A stretch of DNA of 64,000 bases from a virus (Duplodnaviria > Caudoviricetes). Numbering within the stretch: position 1 is the stretch's first letter; each line of letters starts with the position of its first letter. The notes beneath the pieces were generated by a model. It worked only from the letters and a program-made list of their open reading frames with translations, did no database searches and was not told the origin of the DNA. The stretch spans positions 1-64,000 of the IMG/VR virus record IMGVR_UViG_2619619259_000001. One strand, 5' to 3'. Below are positions 9,999 to 20,384 of the stretch, one piece after another. The position numbers and the translations under genes are program-made.

Positions 9999-11188
9999 TG
10001 AGCTTAGGAAAGGACGAAACTGGGCGTTATATAACGACAGGGCTATCTCCTAAAGAGTTTAACCGCGTATTTAATAAGATAGCCAAAGACCAGAATACGA
10101 AGCGCCGCAAAGCTCACCGAACGCTTACGCCTGCACTAATCAAGAATAAAGATTTAGAGAAATTTTTAGCGTTAGGGAAGAAAAAAGACGGTACCCTCTT
10201 TACCCCTGAAGATCTAAAAGCCTTTGACCAATCACGACGAGCGCATAGAAAAGCATTTAGTAGTGATACCCAAGGCATCACTTATTCTCAGCTGGTGGCC
10301 CTCTCAACCAAAATTGATATCGATCGTGCCAATAACAATGTTAACGACGGTTCGGGAATATCTAGTGCCAGCTTTGCCGCAATAAAACACAATCTCGCTA
10401 TCGTACAAGTTAAAGCATCAAGCGAATCGGTCCACCAGCATCATCGTGTACGCATCCGTTTTGAAGAATGGGATCTAGCTGTCGAAACTGCAGCAGGCGA
10501 AGCATCCGCCGCCAAGCGTGTGGCGCGTAATGTCTGCAAAGGGCGCGTGTCTATCGATTGTGATTGTGGACGCCATCAATACTGGTATCGCTACATGGCC
10601 ACAGCAGGGAATTACGCCTTACCTTCACCGAAAGAATACGCTTACCCCAAGGTCCGTAACCCAGACTTAACTGGCGTGGCCTGCAAACACGTTATACATG
10701 CCCTCACCCGCTTTCAATCTGCCGCATGGCAACTACAAATCGCCAAGCGAATAGAAAGTGACGCTCATCGAGTGGGGTTTGGTGACGATAAAAAACGGAC
10801 AACCAAATTTTTTAGCGAAGAAGAACAGAAGTCACTCAATAAGAACCGTAAATCTAATACCGACCAGAAGAAATCTAGAGCGGAGTTCGCGCTATATCAG
10901 AAGCGGCAAGACGCACTAGGTAAGAAGTTGGAGCGTGATTCTTCAAAAATTGATGAACTCAGGACGAAGCTAAAGAAAACGCGCAATAACGCGGTAAAAG
11001 ACAAAGAAAGATTGAAATTGGCTGAAGAGAAAATCAAGAAATTAGAAGCCGAAAAACAGAGCATTAAAGATGAGATGAAAATGCGCAGAGAAGCGTTTGT
11101 TGATGCAGCAAAAATGGGCGGGATGAGCCAAAAGGATGCCGAGAAAGCATTTGAAACGTGGTTCAAAAACAAAATGATGGGTGGTTGA
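9998..11188 (+). CDS. gp25-like tail protein with SWIM-type Zn finger
   Basis: CDCG...ACKHV motif; P1 order 26-25-7-24-6-5. Confidence 0.8.
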   Translation: MSLGKDETGRYITTGLSPKEFNRVFNKIAKDQNTKRRKAHRTLTPALIKNKDLEKFLALGKKKDGTLFTPEDLKAFDQSRRAHRKAFSSDTQGITYSQLVALSTKIDIDRANNNVNDGSGISSASFAAIKHNLAIVQVKASSESVHQHHRVRIRFEEWDLAVETAAGEASAAKRVARNVCKGRVSIDCDCGRHQYWYRYMATAGNYALPSPKEYAYPKVRNPDLTGVACKHVIHALTRFQSAAWQLQIAKRIESDAHRVGFGDDKKRTTKFFSEEEQKSLNKNRKSNTDQKKSRAEFALYQKRQDALGKKLERDSSKIDELRTKLKKTRNNAVKDKERLKLAEEKIKKLEAEKQSIKDEMKMRREAFVDAAKMGGMSQKDAEKAFETWFKNKMMGG

Positions 11189-11939
11189 TATGGGTAAGTT
11201 TAACGATTTCTTTGAAGAGGCATTGCCAAAACAAGAGACTACCACCTCTAACAATGCCTCCCCCCCCGGTGATGACATTATTATTGATGACTCACCGAAT
11301 AGCATCTCTTTTATTGATGACCCCATAGAGAGCGATACAGGGCCAATATACGAAGTCCAAGAGCAACAAGAAAAAGATGAACCTAGGGTGCCTGAGTCAA
11401 TACTCAATAAAGAAAATGAAGCTGGCATTGAGTTAAAACGGGTTCGTTATGATGGACACTCAAAACTAAATAATCTCATAAAAGAAGACTGGATAAAGGC
11501 CATTGAGTTAGATCCCGATAGCTTTGATGCCATTCTCCATCGAGCCACGATAAAACCACAACCCGCAACAGAAACGGATGGGTACGAAAAACCCCTGTTT
11601 TCTACCATTAACGCCCATCAGTCCGAACTGGATTATGAGGATCCTGTGTTGGTATCTGTTCTTGATTGCCCTACCGAGATGGAGGCATTCGCAGTCCTAG
11701 ACTCAGGGGATGACAGCACAGGCGTTCCTGATTCTGTCCTGATCCTCCGTATTGGAGCCAGAAGCGTACCTATTGGATCTATTCTGCAGTGGGATGAAGC
11801 ACTATCAAATGGAGATATTCGCCATTGCTGGTGGTACATCCATCAAATATTTACCTACGGAACTACAAGTGTAGGCAATCTTTTTTATTGCATCCCATGT
11901 CGTAGCTATGAGGGAGTGTTACATAATGACAAAGCATAA
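11181..11939 (+). CDS. gp7-like tail/neck protein
   Basis: Synteny in the 26-25-7-24-6-5 operon; WWYIH motif. Confidence 0.7.
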   Translation: MVDMGKFNDFFEEALPKQETTTSNNASPPGDDIIIDDSPNSISFIDDPIESDTGPIYEVQEQQEKDEPRVPESILNKENEAGIELKRVRYDGHSKLNNLIKEDWIKAIELDPDSFDAILHRATIKPQPATETDGYEKPLFSTINAHQSELDYEDPVLVSVLDCPTEMEAFAVLDSGDDSTGVPDSVLILRIGARSVPIGSILQWDEALSNGDIRHCWWYIHQIFTYGTTSVGNLFYCIPCRSYEGVLHNDKA

Positions 11940-12726
11940 AATATCTTCAGATTGTATGGGGCCAAGTGATGCCTTGATAGCTAGGTTAAATATGGAGGGG
12001 CTAGAACCTACTGGGGGAAGAGAAGTAAGCGATCTCTCAGATGTCGATACGGCATTTGCTAACGGTCTACTAAGGGCATTTGATGGAGTGGTTGTAACCG
12101 ATGAACGGAGATCTAATCTCCCCTTCTCTGCATTCTTAAAGCGCCCAGCTAATGAGCAAATCGTTTTCGGTCAGTTTGATAATGATGTTAGACGATTCCT
12201 TAGCGCACGAAACGCAGCAGAGGTTGGAAGAGCTGTTCCTGCGAAAAGCATGAATCCTGCCGCTCTTCCCGTCATCAACGTTAGTCGTGCACCAGGCTTC
12301 TCATTCTATTCGGGGGAACAATTCCGAGATATTGAAGATTTCGCCAATTTAAAAGACGGCGCTGGGAAAACATACGCAACCATTTCATGTATGCATGCAC
12401 TGCTAAATTATGACATCGCGTTTATCAGTGATGAGAAAAAAACGCTGTCATCAATGTGTACAGCATTTGGTACATGGATGCGATTGCGTGCTAATAGTGG
12501 CATCACTAGTTTTGTGGCCAAAACAAAAATAGCGTACTCAGACGTTGAGTTAAGCGGATTCTTTGAGTTCCCTAAAGACATTGATTTCACCGATGCATCA
12601 CCACCAGCAGATGAAGATCGTATTTTCGCCAACCTAATTCAAGTCAGTGTTATTGCTCAAGTGCTGGTGGCCTACTCGGTGCGTCCAACGAATACAGTAG
12701 TAGAAGTGGTTTCTGGGGTTAGGTGA
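11908..12726 (+). CDS. gp24-like tail completion/baseplate protein
   Basis: LPVINVSR motif (tail terminator-like); synteny; start may be ATG 11926. Confidence 0.7.
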   Translation: MRECYIMTKHKISSDCMGPSDALIARLNMEGLEPTGGREVSDLSDVDTAFANGLLRAFDGVVVTDERRSNLPFSAFLKRPANEQIVFGQFDNDVRRFLSARNAAEVGRAVPAKSMNPAALPVINVSRAPGFSFYSGEQFRDIEDFANLKDGAGKTYATISCMHALLNYDIAFISDEKKTLSSMCTAFGTWMRLRANSGITSFVAKTKIAYSDVELSGFFEFPKDIDFTDASPPADEDRIFANLIQVSVIAQVLVAYSVRPTNTVVEVVSGVR

Positions 12727-12727
12727 T

Positions 12728-13696
12728 ATGTCAGATAAAAAGTATTTATTTCTTCAGTCCCTAAAACTTAACGGCGAAGAGATACCAAGAGGTATGATCA
12801 TATCCACTGCGTACCTAGAAATTGCAGAACTAGGAGGGCCTCAGATAGAGATTAAGATCCGAGATGTCACAGGGACCCTGATTGATAACATTCGCGTAGG
12901 TTACGGATCCATTATGGATGTCACTATGGGGGACGACAAGACCCTATTCAAAGAGACATTTTTTGTTATCAAGGCCCCATTGCAGCAGGACGTTGTCAGC
13001 GTTATGGGGTTTGCTGAGTCAGTGAGGAAAATAAAAAATCCAACAGCTCAACCAAAGTTTTTCGTGAACAAACAGCCAGGGAGCGTGCTTAATTCATTAT
13101 CTAATGGCATGAAGGTCGAGTCTGATTCATTTAAGAAGCTAAATACCTATCATTTGAATATGGGCCAAACGCCCTCTTCGCTATTTAGACAAATTGCTCG
13201 CGATCATGGTGCCCTTTGTTGGTTTGCTAGAGGCAAGCTTCACATGAAGGGCATGGGCGCTTTAGCGAAGGTTAAGCCGACGCTGACCTATGAACTGAAT
13301 AATCCAAAAGCCGAGTACCTAATCAATCGATTTAACAACGTCAATCAAGATTACTCATTTCAACGCTCACGGCAGACAAGAGCCGTAGGTAATTCGATGA
13401 CCGATGGATTGCGTACCGCCGGTGATAAATCCCTACCGGTTCAAATGGTCAGCGATAGCGATCAAGGCATACTGAATAACAGATCAAAGTTCCTCATGCC
13501 AAAATTAGATATTGAGTGCTTGGGTAATGCAGTACTGACAGCGGGAATGCCACTAAAAATAATACTTCATCGCTACAGCAAGGAAAATCGAGTTGATGAG
13601 TCGATCCCCAAAGATATGGTTATTGAACGAGTAACGCATTTTGAAGATCGGAGTGGGTATATGGCTAGAATGATATTGGGGGTGTTTAGTGGCTAA
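12728..13696 (+). CDS. gp6-like baseplate hub protein
   Basis: 322 aa, hub-like C-terminus (GNAVLTAG...VTH); upstream of the spike gene. Confidence 0.75.
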   Translation: MSDKKYLFLQSLKLNGEEIPRGMIISTAYLEIAELGGPQIEIKIRDVTGTLIDNIRVGYGSIMDVTMGDDKTLFKETFFVIKAPLQQDVVSVMGFAESVRKIKNPTAQPKFFVNKQPGSVLNSLSNGMKVESDSFKKLNTYHLNMGQTPSSLFRQIARDHGALCWFARGKLHMKGMGALAKVKPTLTYELNNPKAEYLINRFNNVNQDYSFQRSRQTRAVGNSMTDGLRTAGDKSLPVQMVSDSDQGILNNRSKFLMPKLDIECLGNAVLTAGMPLKIILHRYSKENRVDESIPKDMVIERVTHFEDRSGYMARMILGVFSG

Positions 13697-14363
13697 TAAA
13701 AGTTCTATTCCGGGTGCCATGCAAGGCGAGAAACAAGCCGTCGTTGTAAATACCGTTCATCCCAATGGGTTAATGATGGCATCAGTTAGACTTGTTGGCG
13801 AATGGGATGGAATACCTGCCGCAGATTGCCCTTGGGCTGAGTACAAGTTACCCGTTGGCAACGCATTTATTCCAACAGTTGAGGGCGATCACGTTTGGGT
13901 AGATTTCCCCTACGAAGGTGATTCTCGGCGCCCACGGATTGTTGGTGCCGTTCACAGTGCACCAGGCGGCAAGCCTAACCTCCCTCCTGAATCATGGGGT
14001 GGTGATGGTGAATATGTCCGGCCAGAAATTGAAGGTGCGCCACCGACTGGATCTAGACAACCAACAAAAGATTTTGTCTCTAACCGTAATGGCCTGTTAG
14101 AAGTTCGTAATGCGAATGGCAGTTGGGAAATAACCCATTTAGCAAGTAATTCTACGATAACCATTAATGATAGTGGGCAGGTTTATCTAATCGGGACCAG
14201 TGATGTTTATATTCAGGGCGATTCTTCGATAACGGTCAAATCTGGGGGAAACATTGAGATAAAGGCGGCTGGTTCTATCGAATTCAAAGCCGGTTCTAAT
14301 GTCACCTTTGAAGCTGGTGGAGCATTCAAATCTAAAAGTAGTTCTGTCAATTTCTCAAAATAA
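13689..14363 (+). CDS. gp5-like baseplate spike (gpV-type)
   Basis: OB-fold motif P..GD.VWVDF..GD..RP.IVG followed by beta-helix repeats. Confidence 0.85.
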   Translation: MANKSSIPGAMQGEKQAVVVNTVHPNGLMMASVRLVGEWDGIPAADCPWAEYKLPVGNAFIPTVEGDHVWVDFPYEGDSRRPRIVGAVHSAPGGKPNLPPESWGGDGEYVRPEIEGAPPTGSRQPTKDFVSNRNGLLEVRNANGSWEITHLASNSTITINDSGQVYLIGTSDVYIQGDSSITVKSGGNIEIKAAGSIEFKAGSNVTFEAGGAFKSKSSSVNFSK

Positions 14364-14465
14364 AAGACACTTTTCATTGTTAATAGGGCTCTTTCGAATT
14401 ATCGTTATCATCTAAAACTAAATTTTCATTTATTTTTGCATGATGACAAGGTATAGGGTTCTAAC

Positions 14466-14744
14466 ATGTCTGAAGAGATTAGCCCAGATAGTCGAGTAAC
14501 AAAATCAACGCTTAAAAACCTCATTGAATTGGGGTTTGTCGTGACAGTCATCGTTATTGAGCATAACGATGGCTATAGCGTTCAAGCCGAGACGAACACT
14601 AACGGAAGGATGGCAACCGTTGATCTTGTTTCTGGGGATATGACGCGCAAAGTTTGGCGCAACGTGAAACACCCAATCCGTATTTTAAAGGGGATTGGCG
14701 TTATGAAGTTGAAACTAAAACTAATGAAAGGGAGCAATATTTAA
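14466..14744 (+). CDS. Small hypothetical protein at the uhr position
   Basis: 92 aa, first gene of the hrdC-dmt operon, preceded by the AAAACTAA motif. Confidence 0.6.
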   Translation: MSEEISPDSRVTKSTLKNLIELGFVVTVIVIEHNDGYSVQAETNTNGRMATVDLVSGDMTRKVWRNVKHPIRILKGIGVMKLKLKLMKGSNI

Positions 14745-14745
14745 C

Positions 14746-15654
14746 ATGTTCAAGTCCGCGTGTATTTATGCGTTACCCCCTAACTTCTCCGATTTAAACC
14801 CAGAAAACATGATCGCCAAATTGGAGCCTTCTGAGTTTACTCCTTGCAGTAGCCAAGACATGTCAAAGATGGGCTGGTTACAAAAAGATGGCAGCGCTCT
14901 GATGCTGGTCGTTGGTCATCATTTCTTTCTAACGTTTCAACAGGAAAACAAGATTCTGCCTGCATCAGTGCTTAGAGATGCTCTTAACGAAAAAATTCAC
15001 GAACTGGAAAGCGAGCAGCATCGCAAGCTGAAGAAGACCGAGAAGGATGCACTAAAAGATGAGATTCTTCACACTCTTCTGCCTCGCGCTTTTAGCCGTA
15101 AGAAAAGTATTGATGTATGGATCGATGCAAAATCACTACGGATAACGATAGACACTAGCAGCAGAAAGCAAGCTGAACATGTATTAGCCCTTCTCCGAAA
15201 ATCATTAGGATCCCTGCCTGTAGTACCTCTTACAATGGGAAACCCTATTGAGTTAACACTGACTAAATGGGTTCGGTCCGGCAATCTTCCCGCGGGCTTT
15301 TTCTTACAAGATGAAGCGGAACTAAAAGCCGTTTTAGAAAAAGGCGGAGTTATTCGTTGCAAGAAACAGGATCTTGTTACTAATGAGATCTCCGCTCACA
15401 TTAACGCAGGCAAGTTCGTTACAAAGTTATCCCTCAACTGGAGGGATAGCGTCTACTTCACCCTCTCTAAGGATGCCGTTATTAGTCGCATCCAGTTTGA
15501 TGATTACATCCTCAATAAAAACATCGATATCGACGAAGACCCTAGCGTGCGTGAGCAGGCTGACATGCTTCTTATGGCAGAAGAAATGAGCGGACTGTAT
15601 GAGGCTCTTATTTCTGAGTTGGGAGGTATCCACCAGCATGAGGGGGATCAGTGA
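14746..15654 (+). CDS. rdgC: RdgC-family recombination-associated protein (HrdC)
   Basis: FTPCSSQDMSKMGW, KILPASV, LLPRAFS, LLRKSLGSLPVVPL motifs. Confidence 0.95.
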   Translation: MFKSACIYALPPNFSDLNPENMIAKLEPSEFTPCSSQDMSKMGWLQKDGSALMLVVGHHFFLTFQQENKILPASVLRDALNEKIHELESEQHRKLKKTEKDALKDEILHTLLPRAFSRKKSIDVWIDAKSLRITIDTSSRKQAEHVLALLRKSLGSLPVVPLTMGNPIELTLTKWVRSGNLPAGFFLQDEAELKAVLEKGGVIRCKKQDLVTNEISAHINAGKFVTKLSLNWRDSVYFTLSKDAVISRIQFDDYILNKNIDIDEDPSVREQADMLLMAEEMSGLYEALISELGGIHQHEGDQ

Positions 15655-15851
15655 GTAAGGTTCCTATTTTATTAAAGCAATTTAAACGCTGGTGGACCAT
15701 TCGAGATCTTCGTGCGTGGTGGAATGAATGGCAAATCATTCTGAAGTACAACCGGTCAAAAATGTGGGTATCGCCCGATTTAACGATTGAGCGCAATTAC
15801 CGCATATTGAGAATGCTCGTTAAGGTCAAACTCAAATCGGGGGCCTTGTGA
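15651..15851 (+). CDS. Hypothetical protein
   Basis: 66 aa, GTGA overlaps at both ends within the operon. Confidence 0.6.
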   Translation: MSKVPILLKQFKRWWTIRDLRAWWNEWQIILKYNRSKMWVSPDLTIERNYRILRMLVKVKLKSGAL

Positions 15852-18283
15852 GATACGGATCAGTGTGTAGTGGAATAGAGGCCGCTAGCGTTGCGTGGGA
15901 ACCCCTGGGATGGATGCCAGCATGGTTTGCTGAGATAGAAAAATTTCCTAGTGCTGTTTTAGCACATCATTGGCCTGATGTACCAAATCTAGGCGATATG
16001 ACAAAAATAGCCGAACAGGTAACAGCCGGTCATGTAGAGGCTCCCGACATTTTAGTCGGTGGCACGCCGTGTCAGGCGTTCAGTGTGGCTGGATTACGAA
16101 ACGGGCTTGATGATGCCAGAGGGCAATTAACCCTCTCATATGTGGAACTATTGGATGCAATCGACAACAAGCGCCGTGAGCGCGGAGAAAAAGAAGCGAT
16201 CGCCGTCTGGGAAAACGTCCCGGGTGTCCTCAGCAGCAAAGACAACGCGTTCGGCTGCTTTCTGGCAGGACTTGCCGGAGAAAGCAGCGAGTTGCAGCCA
16301 GCAGGGGGAAAATGGACGCACGCAGGTTGTGTGTCTGGACCACAAAGGGCTATCGCCTGGCGTGTCCTTGATGCTCAATTTTTCGGAGTGGCCCAACGTC
16401 GTCGCCGTGTGTTTGTTATCGCAAGCGCTAGAGCAGACGTCGATCCCGCAAAAATACTTTTTGAGTTCGGTAGCGTGCGCAGGAATACTCCGCCGAGCCG
16501 AGAAGCGCGGCAAGGCTCTGCCGCCCCTTCTGGGACAAGTATTGCGGCAGGTAGCTATTGGGACTCAGAGATAAACCCACACCCGACGCTAAACCAATCC
16601 CACAACGTTGGCGGCAGTGGGTTTGTCGGTCAAAAGTGGCCAGCAGATATTGCATGTACTCTAAATGCTGCATTTGGCTCAAAACTTGGTCTAGAAGACC
16701 AGCATATCAACGGCGGTGCTCCGTTATTTGTTCCAGTTACACCTACCAGCCAGAATCCAGCGATTGCTCTCTCAGTTGCACTGCGCGGGCGCGATGGTGG
16801 CGCCACTGCGGAACTCGGAGATAATTTGGCTGGTGCATTACGAGCTAGTACTGGCGGCGGAGATAAACCTCATGTTTTGACCTATTCGAATGTTAGTCGC
16901 ACATTGCTGGGTAAACCTAATGATAGCATGGCTGAGGATTTGGATACCTATGTGATTAATAGCGCCGTGGCCTTCGCCGAGAATAGCCGCGCAGAAGTTC
17001 GACTAGAAAATGGTGATGGAAAAATTACAGGAACACTATCAACCGGCGGAGGAAAACCAGGTCAAGGCATACCTGCGATAGCAATCGCAGGTAGCACAAT
17101 TGGACGCACACCCGCTAATGGTGGCAACGGCACTGGATTTAGCGAGGATATTAGTTACACGCTAACAAAAACAGATCGCCGCGCCGTAACAGACAGAATG
17201 GCAGTTCGTCGCCTAACCCCTGTTGAGTGCGAGCGGTTACAGGGATTTCCAGACAACCATACTCTGATTCCTGTTAGCGCCAGTAAAAAAATTACTGAGG
17301 ATGAATACTTATATATCCGTTCTCATAGACCAGAAATAACAGCGGAAGACGCCCACCGTTTAGCCAAAGATGGCCCACGATATCAAGCGATTGGCAATTC
17401 AATGGCTGTCCCCGTAATGAAATGGATCGGTTCATCAATGAAAAAACACATTCCTTCTAATATTGAAAATTCAGATAAAAAGAAACCATTTTTAAAATGG
17501 GCTGGTGGCAAGTTATCAGTGATTGACCAGATAAAGCCTCATCTCCCAGATGGAAAGCGGTTTATTGAGCCCTTTGTTGGTGCTGGCTCAGTCTTCATGA
17601 ATGTCGATCATCCGATTAAGTTACTTGGTGATGTGAACGGTGACCTGATAAATCTTTATCATCAAGCCTCAATTAACACAGCGGAGTTGATAGATTTATC
17701 AAGAAAATTGTTTGATGAAGGTAATAGCCAGGAGGCTTATATGCGTCATCGAACTAAATTCAATGCTGCCAAAGACAGCAAGTTGCTAAGGGCCGCACTA
17801 TTTCTATATCTCAACAAACACGGCTTTAATGGGCTCTGCCGCTATAACCTTAGCGGTGAATTTAATGTCAGCTTTGGTAGTTACAAAACCGTTTATTTCC
17901 CTGATGCCGAGTTGCTGGAATTTGCTAAAAATGCGCATAACTGCATGTTTTTTCATGCGGGCTATGAGAAATTAATTCAAATGGCTGGTGACGGTGATGT
18001 TGTGTTTTGCGATCCTCCGTATATTCCTCTGGAAAATACGGAGGGATTTACACACTACCATATTAAAAAATTTGGCATGGATGACCATATAGACTTAGTT
18101 AAGATGTTATGTGCAGCACACCGCCGGGGGGCGAGTATTGTAATAACAAACAGTGGATCTACTGAGTCTAAAGAACTCTATCAACGACATGGATTTACTA
18201 TCCATAATCTCCACGCTAAACGCTCAATAAGCGCAGCCGGATCTACTCGTAAAGGCGTAACAGATATCATAGCAGTGCTATAG
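15848..18283 (+). CDS. dmt: Dmt: fused C5-cytosine and Dam-type N6-adenine DNA methyltransferase
   Basis: SVCSGIE, GGTPCQ, WENV, QRRRR, IGNS (C5 MTase), then KWAGGK, EPFVG, DPPY (Dam). Confidence 0.93.
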   Translation: MRYGSVCSGIEAASVAWEPLGWMPAWFAEIEKFPSAVLAHHWPDVPNLGDMTKIAEQVTAGHVEAPDILVGGTPCQAFSVAGLRNGLDDARGQLTLSYVELLDAIDNKRRERGEKEAIAVWENVPGVLSSKDNAFGCFLAGLAGESSELQPAGGKWTHAGCVSGPQRAIAWRVLDAQFFGVAQRRRRVFVIASARADVDPAKILFEFGSVRRNTPPSREARQGSAAPSGTSIAAGSYWDSEINPHPTLNQSHNVGGSGFVGQKWPADIACTLNAAFGSKLGLEDQHINGGAPLFVPVTPTSQNPAIALSVALRGRDGGATAELGDNLAGALRASTGGGDKPHVLTYSNVSRTLLGKPNDSMAEDLDTYVINSAVAFAENSRAEVRLENGDGKITGTLSTGGGKPGQGIPAIAIAGSTIGRTPANGGNGTGFSEDISYTLTKTDRRAVTDRMAVRRLTPVECERLQGFPDNHTLIPVSASKKITEDEYLYIRSHRPEITAEDAHRLAKDGPRYQAIGNSMAVPVMKWIGSSMKKHIPSNIENSDKKKPFLKWAGGKLSVIDQIKPHLPDGKRFIEPFVGAGSVFMNVDHPIKLLGDVNGDLINLYHQASINTAELIDLSRKLFDEGNSQEAYMRHRTKFNAAKDSKLLRAALFLYLNKHGFNGLCRYNLSGEFNVSFGSYKTVYFPDAELLEFAKNAHNCMFFHAGYEKLIQMAGDGDVVFCDPPYIPLENTEGFTHYHIKKFGMDDHIDLVKMLCAAHRRGASIVITNSGSTESKELYQRHGFTIHNLHAKRSISAAGSTRKGVTDIIAVL

Positions 18284-18298
18284 CCGTAATTTAAATAG

Positions 18299-18322
18299 AA
18301 AAGCCCACGATTGTGGGCTTTG
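18299..18322. terminator. Terminator hairpin after dmt
   Basis: AAAGCCCAC-gatt-GTGGGCTTT. Confidence 0.75.
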
Positions 18323-18379
18323 TTTTCTGCTATTCCGCTTTTAATTTATAGCTAACAAAACAATTAATTAAGTTCATCA

Positions 18380-18703
18380 GTGAATATTTTCACAAGTAAC
18401 CGTTTTGCGATATCATCTGATAATGGTGCATACATCGAAGGAAAATATATGTCAAGAGAACTCATCATTGCGCGGATCGAAAAGCTCAATTTAAAAGAGT
18501 GCGGAGCAGAAATCTTTATTGAACTGAATAACTTCCGTGTTGAGGAACCACTAACTATTTCTCAATTAAAAACGCATGCTAGACATTTAAAGAATTCTCT
18601 TTCCGACAAGGGAATTTCAATAAAAACGACTCAGTCACAAGAACTTGTTGCCGCATTTCATGGGTTCAAAAACTGGCGTGAAGTTACATCCATACTGAAA
18701 TAA
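18380..18703 (+). CDS. Small protein with glyoxalase-superfamily-associated N-terminal-like domain
   Basis: LK..AR.L...L...G..I...QSQELVA..HGF.NW pattern; true start likely ATG 18449. Confidence 0.55.
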   Translation: MNIFTSNRFAISSDNGAYIEGKYMSRELIIARIEKLNLKECGAEIFIELNNFRVEEPLTISQLKTHARHLKNSLSDKGISIKTTQSQELVAAFHGFKNWREVTSILK

Positions 18704-18749
18704 TAAACTAGCATATTCGGGGGGCAAGAAGTCCCCCATAAACTGCAAA

Positions 18750-19397
18750 TCAGTATTCCTTTTTGATCTCTTTCAAAAAGGAACCGTCTTTATTGAGTAA
18801 GTTCCAGACATCGTATGAACCACCGCCTTTCTTCAACTTATGCTGATATGCCGTGATATAACCTGCATACTTTCCAGTATTCACTACGTTAAAGTTATTC
18901 CCTGGCGCAAAAAATTCACTCTTAACCCCTTCTTCCGTCATTGATGGCAGGTGAAAGCGTCTAATCGCATCGCTGGTGGGCCATGTGGACGAACGGTAAT
19001 ACACATACTTATCGTATGGGTTGTATTTTATACCTCTAAAGCCGATATCAACTTTTTTTGGATCCACATCGCCTATGTCTTCTAGCAGAATCGTACTGCT
19101 TCCATCGGACAAACTACCAATAATAAGCGCTGGTGGCGGCTCGCCTTCGTATTCTGATTGCCCATGATTTACGGTCGATAACATGAGTTCATCACTAATG
19201 ATCGTGAAACTTGTTACCTCATACATGGCGCTACTAAGTAGAGTGCTGGCGAAGTTGGTATTATTCAAACAGGGAGTGCCTGCAATCTCATGGAACCCTT
19301 GCTTTGTTGATTCCTCGCATGAACTAGCAATAACCTGACCTGAAGCAGCAAGCAGTGCTGTACTGAGTAAAATTGATTTGAATTTAGCCACAAACAT
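18750..19397 (-). CDS. Hypothetical secreted protein
   Basis: N-terminal signal peptide; no recognised family. Confidence 0.7.
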   Translation of the reverse strand: MFVAKFKSILLSTALLAASGQVIASSCEESTKQGFHEIAGTPCLNNTNFASTLLSSAMYEVTSFTIISDELMLSTVNHGQSEYEGEPPPALIIGSLSDGSSTILLEDIGDVDPKKVDIGFRGIKYNPYDKYVYYRSSTWPTSDAIRRFHLPSMTEEGVKSEFFAPGNNFNVVNTGKYAGYITAYQHKLKKGGGSYDVWNLLNKDGSFLKEIKKEY

Positions 19398-19552
19398 TTA
19401 CCTATATTTATAAAAACAAAGGACTATATAGAAAATGAGTTGAATTGGCTTTTATTTAGATCCCATTTTGTTAAAGTCACGACTTATTGCTACTCATTGA
19501 AGTCAAGAACCGCATCAGGCATGGCTGAATGTCACGATGCCTTATAACCCAT

Positions 19553-19849
19553 TCAAATCGCACGCAGCGTTTCTACAACGCTTGGATCCTTCTCTATCAG
19601 CGATAGCATCTTCATAGCCATGCCACTAGGAACCCGTCGTTCTAATTCCCAGCTCTGGACCACAGACGGGCTAGCACCTAGCATTTGTGCAAATTCAGCC
19701 TGACTCATACTAAACCGCTTGCGAATTGACTTTACGTCAGGGATAGAATGGCGATGTACATTCTCTGGGTTTGGCTGTATTTCATCATTCTCAATAGCAA
19801 CCATTTCATTTACGCTGTCAATCAGCGTATCAAACAAGTTCTTATCCAT
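19553..19849 (-). CDS. higA: HigA-type HTH antitoxin
   Basis: MSQAEFAQMLG.S...VQSWE..RR.PSG HTH; downstream of the toxin. Confidence 0.85.
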   Translation of the reverse strand: MDKNLFDTLIDSVNEMVAIENDEIQPNPENVHRHSIPDVKSIRKRFSMSQAEFAQMLGASPSVVQSWELERRVPSGMAMKMLSLIEKDPSVVETLRAI

Positions 19850-19894
19850 AAATTTACCCTCGTTATGGAGAGGTTAACCGCCCGAAGGCGGTGG

Positions 19895-20218
19895 TTATTT
19901 CATGAGTTGAATAGCGCTCTTAATTTGGGATTTTTGCTCTTGCGTTAAGTCACTTTGCGCATTTTTCGGATACATCAACAATAAATACAATCGTCCGCTT
20001 GCGGTCCTTACATAATAAATAATCCTAACACCGCCACGCTTACCCATTCCCTTGCGGTTCCAACGAATCTTTTTACATCCGCCAGTATGACTAATTGTGT
20101 CACCCGCATCATGATGTTTCAGTAGATAACTTTGAAATTCCTGAAACTCATCATCTTCTATAAGTTCCTTTCGTTGCCTACTGAATGCGGTGGTTTCGAT
20201 AAACTCCAAATAATCCAT
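19895..20218 (-). CDS. higB: HigB-2/RelE-family toxin
   Basis: FIET..F, GD.I..TGG.KKIRW, GKRGGVRIIYY, YPKN motifs; start at MDYLEF after GGAG. Confidence 0.88.
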   Translation of the reverse strand: MDYLEFIETTAFSRQRKELIEDDEFQEFQSYLLKHHDAGDTISHTGGCKKIRWNRKGMGKRGGVRIIYYVRTASGRLYLLLMYPKNAQSDLTQEQKSQIKSAIQLMK

Positions 20219-20256
20219 CGTTACCGCTCCATTTCTGCCTACATGTAAATAGTACA

Positions 20257-20306
20257 CGTACCAAGTACGCATATCAAGTAATAATACGTACAGGGTACGT
20301 ATTATT
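20257..20306. promoter_or_regulatory. higBA operators
   Basis: AATAATACGTAC-agg-GTACGTATTATT (20280-20306) and CGTAC-caa-GTACG (20257-20269). Confidence 0.7.
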
Positions 20307-20384
20307 TAATGCAAACAAAAAGACCACCTCATCACAGGTGGCCTAATAAATTACTTAATCAATGACTCGAATGTATTGCAGGCG

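Noticed and set aside
15848-18283. Dcm-Dam fusion as a novelty
   Set aside because: This is the known Dmt architecture of P1-like phages
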